DNA of 64,000 nucleotides. Source: Candidatus Dormiibacterota bacterium (GTDB taxonomy: Bacteria; Chloroflexota; Dormibacteria; Aeolococcales; Bog-877). The notes below the pieces were generated by a model. It worked only from the letters and a program-made list of their open reading frames with translations, was not told the DNA's origin and ran no database searches. Numbering within the stretch: the first letter of the stretch is position 1; each line of letters opens with the position of its first letter. Shown here in pieces: positions 55,370 through 64,000 of this stretch. The position numbers and the translations under genes were made by a program. The stretch lies in contig DATLRN010000003.1 of the NCBI GenBank assembly GCA_035534695.1, positions 5,218 to 69,217 of the forward strand, in the 5' to 3' direction.

Positions 55370-57216
55370 GGCGACTGGCCATCTCCGGCTTGAGCCGGCT
55401 CCAGGGGACGCTCCTCTAGGGATGCTCCACGGCTTGCGGCGAGCTCAGCCTCCGGTTGCACTTCAGAGGGATCGACTGCTGGCGAGTTGAAGGCGAGAAC
55501 CGGGCTTGGTGGGTCCTCCTGATGGATGTACTTGCCACCCCGGAGCCAGCTGGCCACCGCCGCCAAGGCACAGGCGGCCATGGCGAAGTCGAAGGCCTCA
55601 TGAAGTCCATTCATGAAGGGCCCCGAGATCAGGTGAGGAAAGAAGGCCCGGCCGGTCAGATAGGCCTGCTGGGCGTGGGTGAGGTGGGGCAGTATGGGAC
55701 CCAGCAGGGACCCGATTGGGTTGAAGCCCAGGAAGGAGGCGAAGAGGCTGCCCACCGCCGGCAGGTGGGAGACCCGGGTGGCCGCCGCTACCGGTACCCC
55801 TTGAGCGACCAGCCCGTGGTAGAGGGTGGTGGGCAGGGTGGCCGAGAGTCCGATGATGATCAGGGTGAAGAAGATCCCGATCGAGAGGACCTGGGCTGAG
55901 TTCTGAAAGGTGGCCGCCATGCCACCGCCAGCTCCGCGCTGGTTGGGGGGAAGGCTGTTCATGATGCCGGCCTGATTGGGTGAGGCGAAGAGACCGCTGG
56001 AGAGCCCGTAGAGAGCGAGCAGGGCCCCGAACCAGATGTAGTTGAAGTTGGCCGGCAGCAGCTGGAACACCAGGAAGATCACGGCCGAGACCGAGACACC
56101 TATGGTGGCAAAAAGGCGTGAGCCATAGCGGTCGGAGAGAATCCCCGCGGTCGGTCCGGCGACCAGGAATCCCGCCGTGAGGGGCAGCATGTAGATGCCC
56201 GCCCAGAGGGGCGTCTCGGCAAAGCTGTAGCCGTGCTGGGGCAGCCAGATGCCCTGCAGCCAGATGATCAGGATGAACATCAGGCCGCCACGAGCGAGGG
56301 CGGAGAGTAGGGCCGCCACGTTGCCGGCGGCGAAGGCGCGGATACGGAAGAGCTCAATGTGGAACATGGGCGACTTGACCTTGGTCTCCAGATAGATGAA
56401 GCAGCCCAGAAAGAGCACCCCGCCGATCATTGCTCCCAAGACCATGGGATTGCCCCAGCCCATGCTGGCGTGGCCGTAGGGGAGGATGCCGTAGGTGATG
56501 CCGACCAGGAGTCCCACCAGGCCCACCGCGAAGAAGAGGTTGCCCCACCAGTCGATGCGCGCGTGCTGACGCACCCCGGTGTCGCGCAGCATGAGGTAGG
56601 CCCAAACGGTGCCGAAGATCCCCACCGGGACCGAGACCAGGAAGACCAGCTGCCAGGCGATCGGTCCCAGCACCCCGCCCAGGACGAGGCCGATGAAGGA
56701 GCCGGCGATGGCCGCCACCATGTTGGTGCCAAGTGCCATGCCGCGCTGGTTGCTGGGGAAGGCGTCGGTGAGGATGGCGCTGGAGTTGGCCCAGAGCAAG
56801 GCGCCGCCCACACCCTGGAGTACCCGCATCACGATCAGGTAGAGGGCCGCGTCGGGCCCCTGGAGCCAGGAGATCGAAAGCAGGATGGAGAAGACGGTGA
56901 AGACCAGGAAGCCGAGGTTGTACATGCGTACCCGGCCGTACATGTCCCCAATCCGGCCCAGGGTGACCACCAAGACGGCGGTGACCACCATGTAACCCAT
57001 CAGGAGCCAGAGGAAGTAGGGGGTGTTGCTGGGGGCTAGGGGATTGAGGTGGATACCCCGGAAGATGTCAGGCAGGGCGATCAACACGATCGATGCGTTG
57101 ATGGTCGCCATCAGGATGCCCAGGGTGGTGTTGGAGAGGGCGATCCACTTGTAGTGGGGTCCGACCGGCCGCTGCGGTGAACGGCGGGCCGCCACCAATC
57201 CTTCCCTAATACTCAA
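55366..57216 (-). CDS. MFS transporter, DHA2 (14-TM type) efflux family
   Basis: ..WIALSNTTLGILMATINASIVLIALP.., many TM segments. The start is either TTG 57216 or GTG 57195; the latter is preceded by AGGGAAGGA. Confidence 0.88.
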   Translation of the reverse strand: MSIREGLVAARRSPQRPVGPHYKWIALSNTTLGILMATINASIVLIALPDIFRGIHLNPLAPSNTPYFLWLLMGYMVVTAVLVVTLGRIGDMYGRVRMYNLGFLVFTVFSILLSISWLQGPDAALYLIVMRVLQGVGGALLWANSSAILTDAFPSNQRGMALGTNMVAAIAGSFIGLVLGGVLGPIAWQLVFLVSVPVGIFGTVWAYLMLRDTGVRQHARIDWWGNLFFAVGLVGLLVGITYGILPYGHASMGWGNPMVLGAMIGGVLFLGCFIYLETKVKSPMFHIELFRIRAFAAGNVAALLSALARGGLMFILIIWLQGIWLPQHGYSFAETPLWAGIYMLPLTAGFLVAGPTAGILSDRYGSRLFATIGVSVSAVIFLVFQLLPANFNYIWFGALLALYGLSSGLFASPNQAGIMNSLPPNQRGAGGGMAATFQNSAQVLSIGIFFTLIIIGLSATLPTTLYHGLVAQGVPVAAATRVSHLPAVGSLFASFLGFNPIGSLLGPILPHLTHAQQAYLTGRAFFPHLISGPFMNGLHEAFDFAMAACALAAVASWLRGGKYIHQEDPPSPVLAFNSPAVDPSEVQPEAELAASRGASLEERPLEPAQAGDGQSP

Positions 57217-57248
57217 GCGCCGTCTCCTAGCCTGCGATGGGGATGCTT

Positions 57249-57279
57249 GGTTTGATCATACCAAATAGTTTGGCAAACC
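57249..57279. promoter_or_regulatory. Overlapping palindromes upstream of the MFS-marR operon (candidate MarR operator)
   Basis: GGTTTG (57249-57254) / CAAACC (57274-57279) outer inverted repeat. Inner TGATCA (57253-57258) and CCAAA-TAG-TTTGG (57261-57273). This is a locally AT-rich island. Confidence 0.35.
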
Positions 57280-57331
57280 AGTCTCCGCCCGGGACCGGAG
57301 TCTCCCGCTGCCGGCCTAACATGGCGATCAC

Positions 57332-58720
57332 GTGAAGGGAGCAGAGAGCAGGTTCGATGCGGTCAACCTCCTGGCCGATCCCCTCTACCAGTACTGCACC
57401 ATCACCAAGCGGCGGGACGACGGTACGGGCTCCGAGGAAGCGCTAGTCGACCACCCTTGGTTGCAGCGCCAGCGGCGCATCCACCAGCTCCAATCCGCCT
57501 GGTGGGTCTTCCACACCGCCGAGCACTCCCGCTTCCAGCACGCCGTGGGAGCGATGCATCTGACCGGCAGTTTCACTGAGCACCTCTATGCGAGCCTCCT
57601 CGAGAGTTACCCCGAGGCGCCCTCGCGACAGTTGGTGGTGGAGACCATGCGAATCGCCGGTCTGCTCCACGACGTGGGCCATGGACCCTTCGGTCACTTC
57701 TTTGACGTCGAGGTGCTCGCCCAGTACGGAATCGACCACGAGGACATCGGCCGACGCTTGGTGCTGGGGCCGCTGGCCGAGCTGGTTCGGGCCTTACGGA
57801 GTAGCCCGGAGGGCGACTTCGATCAAGGGGAGGAGATCCATCCCGAGTGGGTGGCCTGGGTGATGGCGCCTCGGGAGCTGCCCGGATTCGAGCCACCTGG
57901 CTGGCTCCGTGCCCTCAAGCCCGTGCTCTGCGGGCCGGCCAGCACCGACAACATGGACTACGTCCCCCGGGACGCCTACATGTGTGGGGTGGCGGTGGGT
58001 CCGGTGGACCTGGCCCGGCTGCGCCATTACATGTTCATCAAAGATGGCAGCCTGGTTCTGCATCAACATGGCGCCCCCGCCCTGGAGGTGTTCCTCTCGG
58101 CTCGCCTCTACATGTACAACCACGTCTACTTTCACCGCACCGTGCGCCGCATCGACCTTCACCTGCGTCCCGTCTTCGCCCAGACCTGTGCCCGTCTCCT
58201 GCCTCCCGGCAATCCCCTCGATCACCTCGACGAGTACCTGCTGCTGACCGACTGGTCGCTGATGACCGAGGTGGAGCGCCTCCAGCGCGAGCCCCGCGAC
58301 GAGGAGGAGCGCGAGCTGGGGCGCCACTGGGAGGCGGTCACCAGCAGACGACTGCCCTGGCGGCTCGCCTTCGAGGCTTACCGGGAACTGAACAAACCGG
58401 CCCCACCGAATGGTTTGGGTACTCCCTACGAGATCCAGGAGCTGATCCGTTCGGCCCTCCCGGAGCGGTTCCGGGAGGTCGGTATGGAGGTGGACGTGGC
58501 CACTACCGCTCCTCGGCCCGACAACCCCTCCCGCGACGACCAGATGCTTCGCCTCTACGATCCAATCTCGGGCCGGGTCGAGGCCGAGGCTGCACCTGAA
58601 CTGCTGGCTCGGCTGCTGCCGGTCCGGACGGTCTGGCTGCGCGTCTACAGCGACAGTCTGGAGGCTCGCGAAGCCATTCGGGAAGCCGCGGTCCGCACCA
58701 TGCCCGGCGTTCTGGCCTGA
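57332..58720 (+). CDS. HD domain protein (SAMHD1/dNTP triphosphohydrolase-like)
   Basis: ..HSRFQHAVGAMHL.., AGLLHDVGHGPFGHFFD, ..DNMDYVPRDAYMCG... Confidence 0.85.
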   Translation: MKGAESRFDAVNLLADPLYQYCTITKRRDDGTGSEEALVDHPWLQRQRRIHQLQSAWWVFHTAEHSRFQHAVGAMHLTGSFTEHLYASLLESYPEAPSRQLVVETMRIAGLLHDVGHGPFGHFFDVEVLAQYGIDHEDIGRRLVLGPLAELVRALRSSPEGDFDQGEEIHPEWVAWVMAPRELPGFEPPGWLRALKPVLCGPASTDNMDYVPRDAYMCGVAVGPVDLARLRHYMFIKDGSLVLHQHGAPALEVFLSARLYMYNHVYFHRTVRRIDLHLRPVFAQTCARLLPPGNPLDHLDEYLLLTDWSLMTEVERLQREPRDEEERELGRHWEAVTSRRLPWRLAFEAYRELNKPAPPNGLGTPYEIQELIRSALPERFREVGMEVDVATTAPRPDNPSRDDQMLRLYDPISGRVEAEAAPELLARLLPVRTVWLRVYSDSLEAREAIREAAVRTMPGVLA

Positions 58721-58745
58721 CTCTGCGGCGCCTTCCGCGAACTGA

Positions 58746-58859
58746 CTAGGGTTGGCGCCGCCTGCCGCGGAGGAAGCGGCTGAGGAGCACCACCCCAAGC
58801 AGGAGCACTACGACCAGGATCACTATTGGGCCAACCCCGCTGCCCGGCTCGGTCGTCAA
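58746..58859 (-). CDS. Possible 37-aa single-TM peptide translationally coupled to the mrp stop
   Basis: TTG 58859-58857 overlaps the mrp TGA 58858-56 (TTGA). Reads MTTEPGSGVGPIVILVVVLLLGVVLLSRFLRGRRRQP, a hydrophobic helix with a basic tail. GC3 is mostly high. It is below the 60-aa cutoff of the ORF track. Confidence 0.3.
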   Translation of the reverse strand: MTTEPGSGVGPIVILVVVLLLGVVLLSRFLRGRRRQP

Positions 58860-59968
58860 CTGGCGGGAATCCGGGGACCGGCGGGCATCTCGGGGGCGGC
58901 GGCGGTTTGGAAGTTGACCTGGCTGATCTGGCCTGCCAGCAGGGCTGCCACCTGCTCGAACACCATCGCCTGAGGCGATTTCGGCTGGGCTAGCACCAGG
59001 GGCTCTCCGGCGCCACCCCCAAGCCGGACCGCAAGATCGAGCGGGATCTCGCCGAGGAAGGGAATCTCGCGATCGTGAGCCAGTTGCCGGCCACCGCCCC
59101 GGCCGAACACGTCGGTCACCTCGCCACAGTGGGGACAGGCGAATCCGCTCATGTTCTCGATCACCCCCAGAACCGGAACCCGGAGCTGCTCGAACATGCT
59201 GATGCCGCGGCCGACGTCAGCCAGGGAAACATCCTGTGGGGTGGTCACGATGACCGCCCCGGTCAGGGGAATCGATTGGGCCAGGGTGAGCTGAACGTCC
59301 CCAGTGCCCGGAGGCAGGTCGCAGACCAGATAGTCCAGTTCGCCCCAATCGACTTCGAAGAGGAACTGCTTCAGAGCACCGGCCAGCATGGGGCCCCGCC
59401 AGACCACCGGGCGATCGGGCTCGATGATGCTGCCGATCGACATCACCTTGAGATCGCCCTTCCGCAGCGGGGTGATACGACGCTCGATCTGTGAGGGCCG
59501 CTCGCTGAGTCCCAGCATGATGGGGACGTTAGGCCCGTAGATGTCGGCGTCCAGGAGGCCCACCCTAGCCCCCGTGCGTAGGAGCGCAAAGGCCAGGTTG
59601 ACGGCGACTGTGGTCTTGCCCACCCCACCTTTGCCGGCACTGACGGCGATCGTGTTGCGCACCCCGGGGATGTCCTGGCGGCCGATCACGCCCCGAGTCC
59701 GGGTGACGTCGGCGTCCCACTCCAACTCAACCGTCTCGATGCCGGCGACGGTGCCGATCACCGCGGCTTCGATCTCCGCTTGAATCCGATCCTTGAGGGG
59801 GCAGGCGGGCGTGGTCAGGACGACTCGCATCTTGGCCGCTGACCCCTCGATGCGCAGTCCCTTGAGCATGCCGAGATGCATCAGCGGCCGGTGCAGCTCG
59901 GGATCCTCCACTCGGGCCAGGGCGTCCTCCAGCGCAGCGAGTGGGTTGGGCGCTGGGGTTGCGGACAC
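58856..59968 (-). CDS. apbC: Mrp/NBP35 (ApbC) family Fe-S cluster carrier ATPase with N-terminal DUF59-like domain
   Basis: ..VEDPELHRPLMHLGML.. (DUF59-like), deviant Walker A SAGKGGVGKTT, CPHC motif. Start at GTG 59968; the track ORF extends to 60052. Confidence 0.9.
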   Translation of the reverse strand: MSATPAPNPLAALEDALARVEDPELHRPLMHLGMLKGLRIEGSAAKMRVVLTTPACPLKDRIQAEIEAAVIGTVAGIETVELEWDADVTRTRGVIGRQDIPGVRNTIAVSAGKGGVGKTTVAVNLAFALLRTGARVGLLDADIYGPNVPIMLGLSERPSQIERRITPLRKGDLKVMSIGSIIEPDRPVVWRGPMLAGALKQFLFEVDWGELDYLVCDLPPGTGDVQLTLAQSIPLTGAVIVTTPQDVSLADVGRGISMFEQLRVPVLGVIENMSGFACPHCGEVTDVFGRGGGRQLAHDREIPFLGEIPLDLAVRLGGGAGEPLVLAQPKSPQAMVFEQVAALLAGQISQVNFQTAAAPEMPAGPRIPAS

Positions 59969-60034
59969 GTGACCTCGATCATAGCTGGGACCCCGACTGG
60001 ACCAGCAGCGAGCGAATTCCAAGGCCAGCCAGGA

Positions 60035-60063
60035 TGTTGCAATAGTGAGCAACAGTTATAGTG
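60035..60063 (+). promoter_or_regulatory. Repeat cluster and -10-like element just upstream of the fur-family gene (candidate autoregulatory box)
   Basis: Inverted repeat TGTTGC (60035-60040) / GCAACA (60049-60054). Direct repeat ATAGTGA at 60042-60048 and 60057-60063. TATAGT (60056-60061) ends 9 nt before GTG 60071. Confidence 0.3.
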
Positions 60064-60070
60064 AAGGACC

Positions 60071-60487
60071 GTGAACGGACTGGAGTCCATGCGCCAGCAG
60101 GGCAAACGGCTGACCCCCCAGCGGCGCCTCGTCTACGCCGCCTTGCTGGAGCATCCCGGCCACGCCACGGCGGACGAGCTCTGCGCCTCGATCGGTCGCA
60201 AGCTACCCGGGTTCCAGCGCACCACTGTGTACCGTACCCTCGACCTGCTCGAAGAGCTCGGCCTGGCCCGCAAGATCCAGCTCGGCCACGCCAACACCTA
60301 CGAGGCGGTGATGGCGGGGAGTGAGTCTCATCAGCACTTGGTCTGTGACCGCTGCGGGGGCACCTTCGACGTCAGCTGCCCCGAGGTCCCCCAGTGGGTG
60401 GACAGCGCGGCTCGGCCGCTGGGATTCGAGCTGGAGCGGGTGGAACTCCTCGGTCATGGAATCTGCCAGGGCTGCGCTGCCCACTGA
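60071..60487 (+). CDS. Fur family transcriptional regulator (Fur/Zur/PerR-type)
   Basis: ..RLTPQRRLVYAALLE...TVYRTLDLLEELGL.., HQHLVCDRCG and C-terminal CQGC. An alternative start at ATG 60089 has GGAG 5 nt upstream. Confidence 0.85.
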   Translation: MNGLESMRQQGKRLTPQRRLVYAALLEHPGHATADELCASIGRKLPGFQRTTVYRTLDLLEELGLARKIQLGHANTYEAVMAGSESHQHLVCDRCGGTFDVSCPEVPQWVDSAARPLGFELERVELLGHGICQGCAAH

Positions 60488-60508
60488 CCGAGCCGTCTGA
60501 TCAGCGGG

Positions 60509-60856
60509 TCAGCTGGTCTCCCTCAGTTGCTGGCTGAAGTCCGTCTCCTCGATCTCCCGGGCGAACTCAGATCCAGACTTCTCGATCTCAAGTGATGATT
60601 CGTAGACGAAGGCGTAGACCTCGCGGAACTGGTTCGGCTGGAAGCCCCGCAGAGCCAGTTCCGCGCTGAGGTCGGGGTCGCCCTGCAGCTCCTCGTCGAG
60701 AGCCCGGGCCGCACCCAGCAAGGCGGTCAGGATGCGCACCTCGGCCGTGTACTCCTGGATCAGAGCCGGCGCGGCCTCGTTCTCCTGAAGCTCAACCAGC
60801 TTGCGCTGGAGCTCGGCGATCTCCGATTCGTATTCGGCGACTTGGGCGTCTTGCAT
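60509..60856 (-). CDS. Acidic hypothetical protein (115 aa, predicted coiled-coil N-terminus)
   Basis: ATG start 37 nt downstream of the hppA stop, same strand. Glu/Asp/Leu/Gln-rich heptad-like N-terminus (AEYESEIAELQRKLVELQENE). I recognise no family. Confidence 0.6.
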   Translation of the reverse strand: MQDAQVAEYESEIAELQRKLVELQENEAAPALIQEYTAEVRILTALLGAARALDEELQGDPDLSAELALRGFQPNQFREVYAFVYESSLEIEKSGSEFAREIEETDFSQQLRETS

Positions 60857-60893
60857 GGCGTTGGAGCTGGCGGCGGCATGGCCGGCCGACAGG

Positions 60894-62936
60894 TCAGTGG
60901 ATAAGAAAGTGGTTCGCGATCAGAGGGGCGATCAAGATGGCGATGATGTTGACCACCTTAATCATCGGATTGATCGCCGGACCTGCGGTGTCCTTGTAGG
61001 GATCGCCGACCGTGTCGCCGGTGACCGCGGCCGCGTGGGTCTCCGTGCCCTTGCCGCCGAAGTGGCCCTCTTCGATGTACTTCTTGGCGTTGTCCCAGGC
61101 CCCTCCGCCTGAGGTCATCTGGAGGGCCAAGAAGAGCCCGACCACGATGGTGCCTATGAGCATCCCGCCGAGGGCCACGGGACCCAGGATGAAACCCACA
61201 AGGAGGGGGGCAGCGACGGGGATCAAGCCAGGCAGGATCATCTCCCGCTGGGCCGCCCGGGTGACGATCGCCACGCACCGCCCATAGAGGGGTCTAGCGG
61301 TGCCCTCCATAATCCCCGGGATCTCCCGGAACTGCCTCCGGACCTCCTCCACGACGCCACCGGCGGCCCGGCCCACCGCCTGCATCGACAGGGAGGCGAA
61401 GAGCACCGGCAGGATGCCGCCGAAGAGGAGACCGACGATCACGCGGGGATTGCTAAGACTGAAGTCGAAGTGGTGGTGCCCCAGGGTCTCGTTGTAGCCG
61501 GCGAAGAGGACCAGAGCGGCCAGCGCCGCCGACCCGATGGCATATCCCTTGGTGACCGCCTTGGTGGTGTTGCCCACGGCGTCCAGGGGATCGGTCACGG
61601 CGCGCACCGATTCGGGTAAGTCGGCCATCTCGGCGATGCCGCCGGCGTTGTCGGTGATCGGTCCGTAGGCGTCGATGGCGACGACGATGCCCACCATGCT
61701 GAGCAGGCTCATGGCAGCGATGGCGATGCCGTAGAGGCCGGCCAGGGCATAGGCGCCGAGGATGCCGATCCCGATGACCAGGACAGGCGGCGCGGCCGCC
61801 TCCAGGCCTACCGCTAGGCCCGCGATGATGTTGGTGGCGTGGCCGGTCTGCGAGGCCCGCGCCACCATCTGAACCGGGTTGAATTGGCCCCCGGTGAAGA
61901 ACTCGGTGATGGCCACTATGAGGAGGGTGATCACGATTCCGATCACTCCCGCCCAGACCAGGTTGAGCACCGGGTGCCCCAGGAGCTTGGAGGAGAGACC
62001 GCCATTGGCCTTGAGGACCAGGGTGACGATGAGGAAGCCGACGATCGCGAAGAGGCCGGCCGATACCAAGCCCCGATAGAGGGCGCCCATGATCCAGCCC
62101 CCCTTGCCCACCCGGACGAAGAACGTCCCGAAGATCGAGGCGAGGATCCCGATCGCCCCCAAGAGGAGCGGATAGATGGTGAGATCGAAGTTGTGGAACT
62201 CCAAGCCGCCCAGGAGCATGGCCGCCACCGCGGTCACGGCATAAGTTTCGAAGAGGTCGGCGGCCATGCCGGCACAGTCGCCGACGTTGTCGCCGACGTT
62301 GTCCGCGATCACGGCCGGATTGCGCGGATCATCCTCGGGAATACCGGCCTCGATCTTTCCCACCAGGTCGGCACCTACGTCGGCGGCCTTGGTATAGATG
62401 CCACCCCCAAGACGGGCGAACACCGAGATCAGTGACGCTCCGAACGCCAGTCCGACGATGGCGGAGGGCTGATCGAGGATCCAGAAGGCGATGGTGACGC
62501 CCAAGAGGCCGAAACCGACCACGAAGAAGCCGGTCACGGCGCCGCCGTTGAAGGCGACCTTGAGCGCCGGTCCCACGCCTCGACGAGCGGCCTCGGCGGT
62601 CCGATAGTTGCTGCGCACCGAGACGTTCATGCCCACGTACCCAGCGCTCGCTGAGAGGGTCGCCCCGAAGAGGAAGAGAAGGGCCGTCTTCCAGCCCAGC
62701 ACGGAGTTGACGAATCCGCCCAGGTAGAGGACCAGGGCCAGCACCAACCCAATCACGGCAATGATCGTGTACTGGCGGTTGAGGTAGGCGGAGGCGCCCT
62801 CGCGGATGGCCTGGCCGATCTCCTGCATCCGCTCGTTCCCCGGAGACTGGCGCATCACCCCGATGGCCAGGTATGCCCCGTAGGCCAAGGCCAGCAAGCC
62901 GGCGACCAGCACCGGAATCAGCACGGTTCGAGTCAT
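60894..62936 (-). CDS. hppA: Membrane-bound proton/sodium-translocating pyrophosphatase
   Basis: 680 aa. [62 protein letters not shown] motifs. Confidence 0.95.
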   Translation of the reverse strand: MTRTVLIPVLVAGLLALAYGAYLAIGVMRQSPGNERMQEIGQAIREGASAYLNRQYTIIAVIGLVLALVLYLGGFVNSVLGWKTALLFLFGATLSASAGYVGMNVSVRSNYRTAEAARRGVGPALKVAFNGGAVTGFFVVGFGLLGVTIAFWILDQPSAIVGLAFGASLISVFARLGGGIYTKAADVGADLVGKIEAGIPEDDPRNPAVIADNVGDNVGDCAGMAADLFETYAVTAVAAMLLGGLEFHNFDLTIYPLLLGAIGILASIFGTFFVRVGKGGWIMGALYRGLVSAGLFAIVGFLIVTLVLKANGGLSSKLLGHPVLNLVWAGVIGIVITLLIVAITEFFTGGQFNPVQMVARASQTGHATNIIAGLAVGLEAAAPPVLVIGIGILGAYALAGLYGIAIAAMSLLSMVGIVVAIDAYGPITDNAGGIAEMADLPESVRAVTDPLDAVGNTTKAVTKGYAIGSAALAALVLFAGYNETLGHHHFDFSLSNPRVIVGLLFGGILPVLFASLSMQAVGRAAGGVVEEVRRQFREIPGIMEGTARPLYGRCVAIVTRAAQREMILPGLIPVAAPLLVGFILGPVALGGMLIGTIVVGLFLALQMTSGGGAWDNAKKYIEEGHFGGKGTETHAAAVTGDTVGDPYKDTAGPAINPMIKVVNIIAILIAPLIANHFLIH

Positions 62937-63037
62937 TGCGGTGTGATCCTCCAGCCGCGCGCGGCGGACTCTGACTGAGAAAGTGAGGTGCCCGGGCCCT
63001 TGTTCCGCTTGGAACTGATGCTGACCGGAGCCGCCGA

Positions 63038-63043
63038 ATTATA
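63038..63043 (-). promoter_or_regulatory. Candidate -10 box (TATAAT) for hppA
   Basis: A perfect TATAAT on the minus strand lies about 100 nt upstream of the hppA ATG. No convincing -35. GGAGGA lies 10 nt before the ATG. Confidence 0.3.
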
Positions 63044-63230
63044 TCCGCGGCGGAGCCTGCCGGACCATCCCAACCCCATTGGGACCTTGGCGAAGATGGC
63101 GGTCAGCCAGTTTCGATCGCAACGTCTCCGCCCCAGCAGGTCCCGACACAGCCTCTGGCCGGTAGGCGCCGGCGGTCGCGAGTCAGGCACGATCCGGACG
63201 CTCGGTGGTGCATCTCCGCAGCGGAGGGGC

Positions 63231-64000
63231 ATGATTCGCGGTGAGCGGCGGACCGGCACCGTCGACGACGTCATCAAGGGGACGCCTTTGTTCAGCTGGA
63301 TCGTGGCGGTCGGGGACGAACTTCTCTCCGGTCACACCGCCGACACCAACTCGGCATGGCTGGCCAGTCGGCTCAGCGGTACGCCCTATCCCTGCTCGCG
63401 GATCGTGGTCATCCCGGACCAGATTCCGCTCATCGTCGAAGAGCTTCAGGCGGCGGTTGCCGGGGAGGCAGAGCGCGTCTTCTGCTGTGGCGGTCTCGGT
63501 CCCACTCCAGACGATCGGACCATGGCCGCAGTGGCCGAGATGCTGGGGGTCAGTCTGGTCGGGGATCCGGCCGTTCTGGCCCGCGTCAGAGAGAGGGTAG
63601 CCCAGCGTTTCCGTGAAGGTCGGGCACCCAGCCCCGAACCCAATCCTGGCACCCTCAAGATGGCGCTCATACCCAAGGGTGCGATCGTCCTCCGCAATCC
63701 GGTCGGAGGGGCGCCGCCGCTCGCTATCCCACTTCCTGGCGGCGGAGCGCACCGCTGGCTCTTCGTGGTGCCCGGGGTTCCGGCCGAATTGCAGGCGGTC
63801 TTCCAGGAGGAGATCGCGCCCATCTATCTGCATGGCGACGGAGGTCGCATTTATCGAGAGCTCTTCTTCCCTGGCGTGGCCGAGTCGACCTTCTTCCCGG
63901 TGCTCACCGAACTGGAGGCCAGTTACCCGCAGGTTAGCTTCGGTTCATACCCGCAGAGCGATGGTGTGACCATCCGTGTCAGTGCCGTCGAACCCGAGGC
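63231..64000 (+). CDS. CinA-like / molybdopterin-binding (MoCF biosynthesis) domain protein, 3' end outside window
   Basis: GGAGGGG lies before ATG 63231. ..IVAVGDELLSGHTADTNSAWLA.. and ..FCCGGLGPTPDDRT.. are typical of the CinA N-terminal/MoaB-like fold. The frame is open to the window edge and is not in the ORF track because it has no stop. Confidence 0.75.
   Translation, partial: MIRGERRTGTVDDVIKGTPLFSWIVAVGDELLSGHTADTNSAWLASRLSGTPYPCSRIVVIPDQIPLIVEELQAAVAGEAERVFCCGGLGPTPDDRTMAAVAEMLGVSLVGDPAVLARVRERVAQRFREGRAPSPEPNPGTLKMALIPKGAIVLRNPVGGAPPLAIPLPGGGAHRWLFVVPGVPAELQAVFQEEIAPIYLHGDGGRIYRELFFPGVAESTFFPVLTELEASYPQVSFGSYPQSDGVTIRVSAVEPE

Noticed and set aside
57332-58720. HD-domain dNTPase-like gene as a possible nucleotide-depletion anti-phage defence gene
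   Set aside because: It is a stand-alone SAMHD1-like HD protein flanked by housekeeping genes (mrp, MFS). There is no partner sensor or effector, no mobile-element context, and no compositional anomaly. A housekeeping dNTP triphosphohydrolase is the simpler reading.
1-64000. Search for CRISPR arrays, tRNA/rRNA genes, IS elements, integrases, toxin-antitoxin pairs or known defence genes
   Set aside because: I saw no regularly spaced direct repeats, no cloverleaf-compatible intergenic sequence (most gaps are under 150 nt), and no transposase, recombinase or nuclease-helicase signatures in any frame I read. This was a visual scan only, so small elements could have been missed.

Overview
High-GC (roughly two-thirds G+C by eye, not computed) bacterial chromosomal segment. 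GTG/TTG starts and 1-4 nt stop/start overlaps are frequent, which fits an Actinomycetota/Chloroflexota-like genome. The content is mostly core metabolism. There is an aspartate-family block (asd, then divergent thrC-like, thrB, ask, thrC). An 8-kb minus-strand ilvB-ilvN-ilvC-leuA-leuB-leuC-leuD operon is preceded by what looks like a leader-peptide attenuator plus a small Shine-Dalgarno-bearing ORF. Also present are ilvD-pheA, sulfate assimilation (cysDN divergent from cysH), pdxH, an Mrp/ApbC Fe-S carrier, a Fur-family regulator and an H+/Na+-pyrophosphatase. Four efflux modules sit among these: two DrrAB-like ABC-2 pairs and two 14-TM-type MFS genes, one with an ArsR and one with a MarR partner. 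There is also an amino-acid ABC importer, an M55 and an S53 peptidase, and several VOC/SDR/AKR enzymes. The least routine parts are three. (1) An Lrp-associated locus (17.8-26.5 kb) has a glutamine-synthetase-like gene, a class-II amidotransferase-like gene and a Dabb gene opposite cupin-SDR-aminotransferase-CMD-APC permease-amidohydrolase genes. (2) An 875-aa secreted beta-propeller is fused to a polytopic membrane domain. (3) Three patches of gene decay occur: two disrupted lipoprotein genes flanking a DUF885 gene, and a roughly 0.75-kb fragment zone at 54.1-54.85 kb. I found no tRNA/rRNA genes, CRISPR arrays, transposases, integrases or recognisable defence systems. I see no convincing entirely new system, only the hypotheses listed in the findings. 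All family calls rest on motif recognition from the translations, without database searches.
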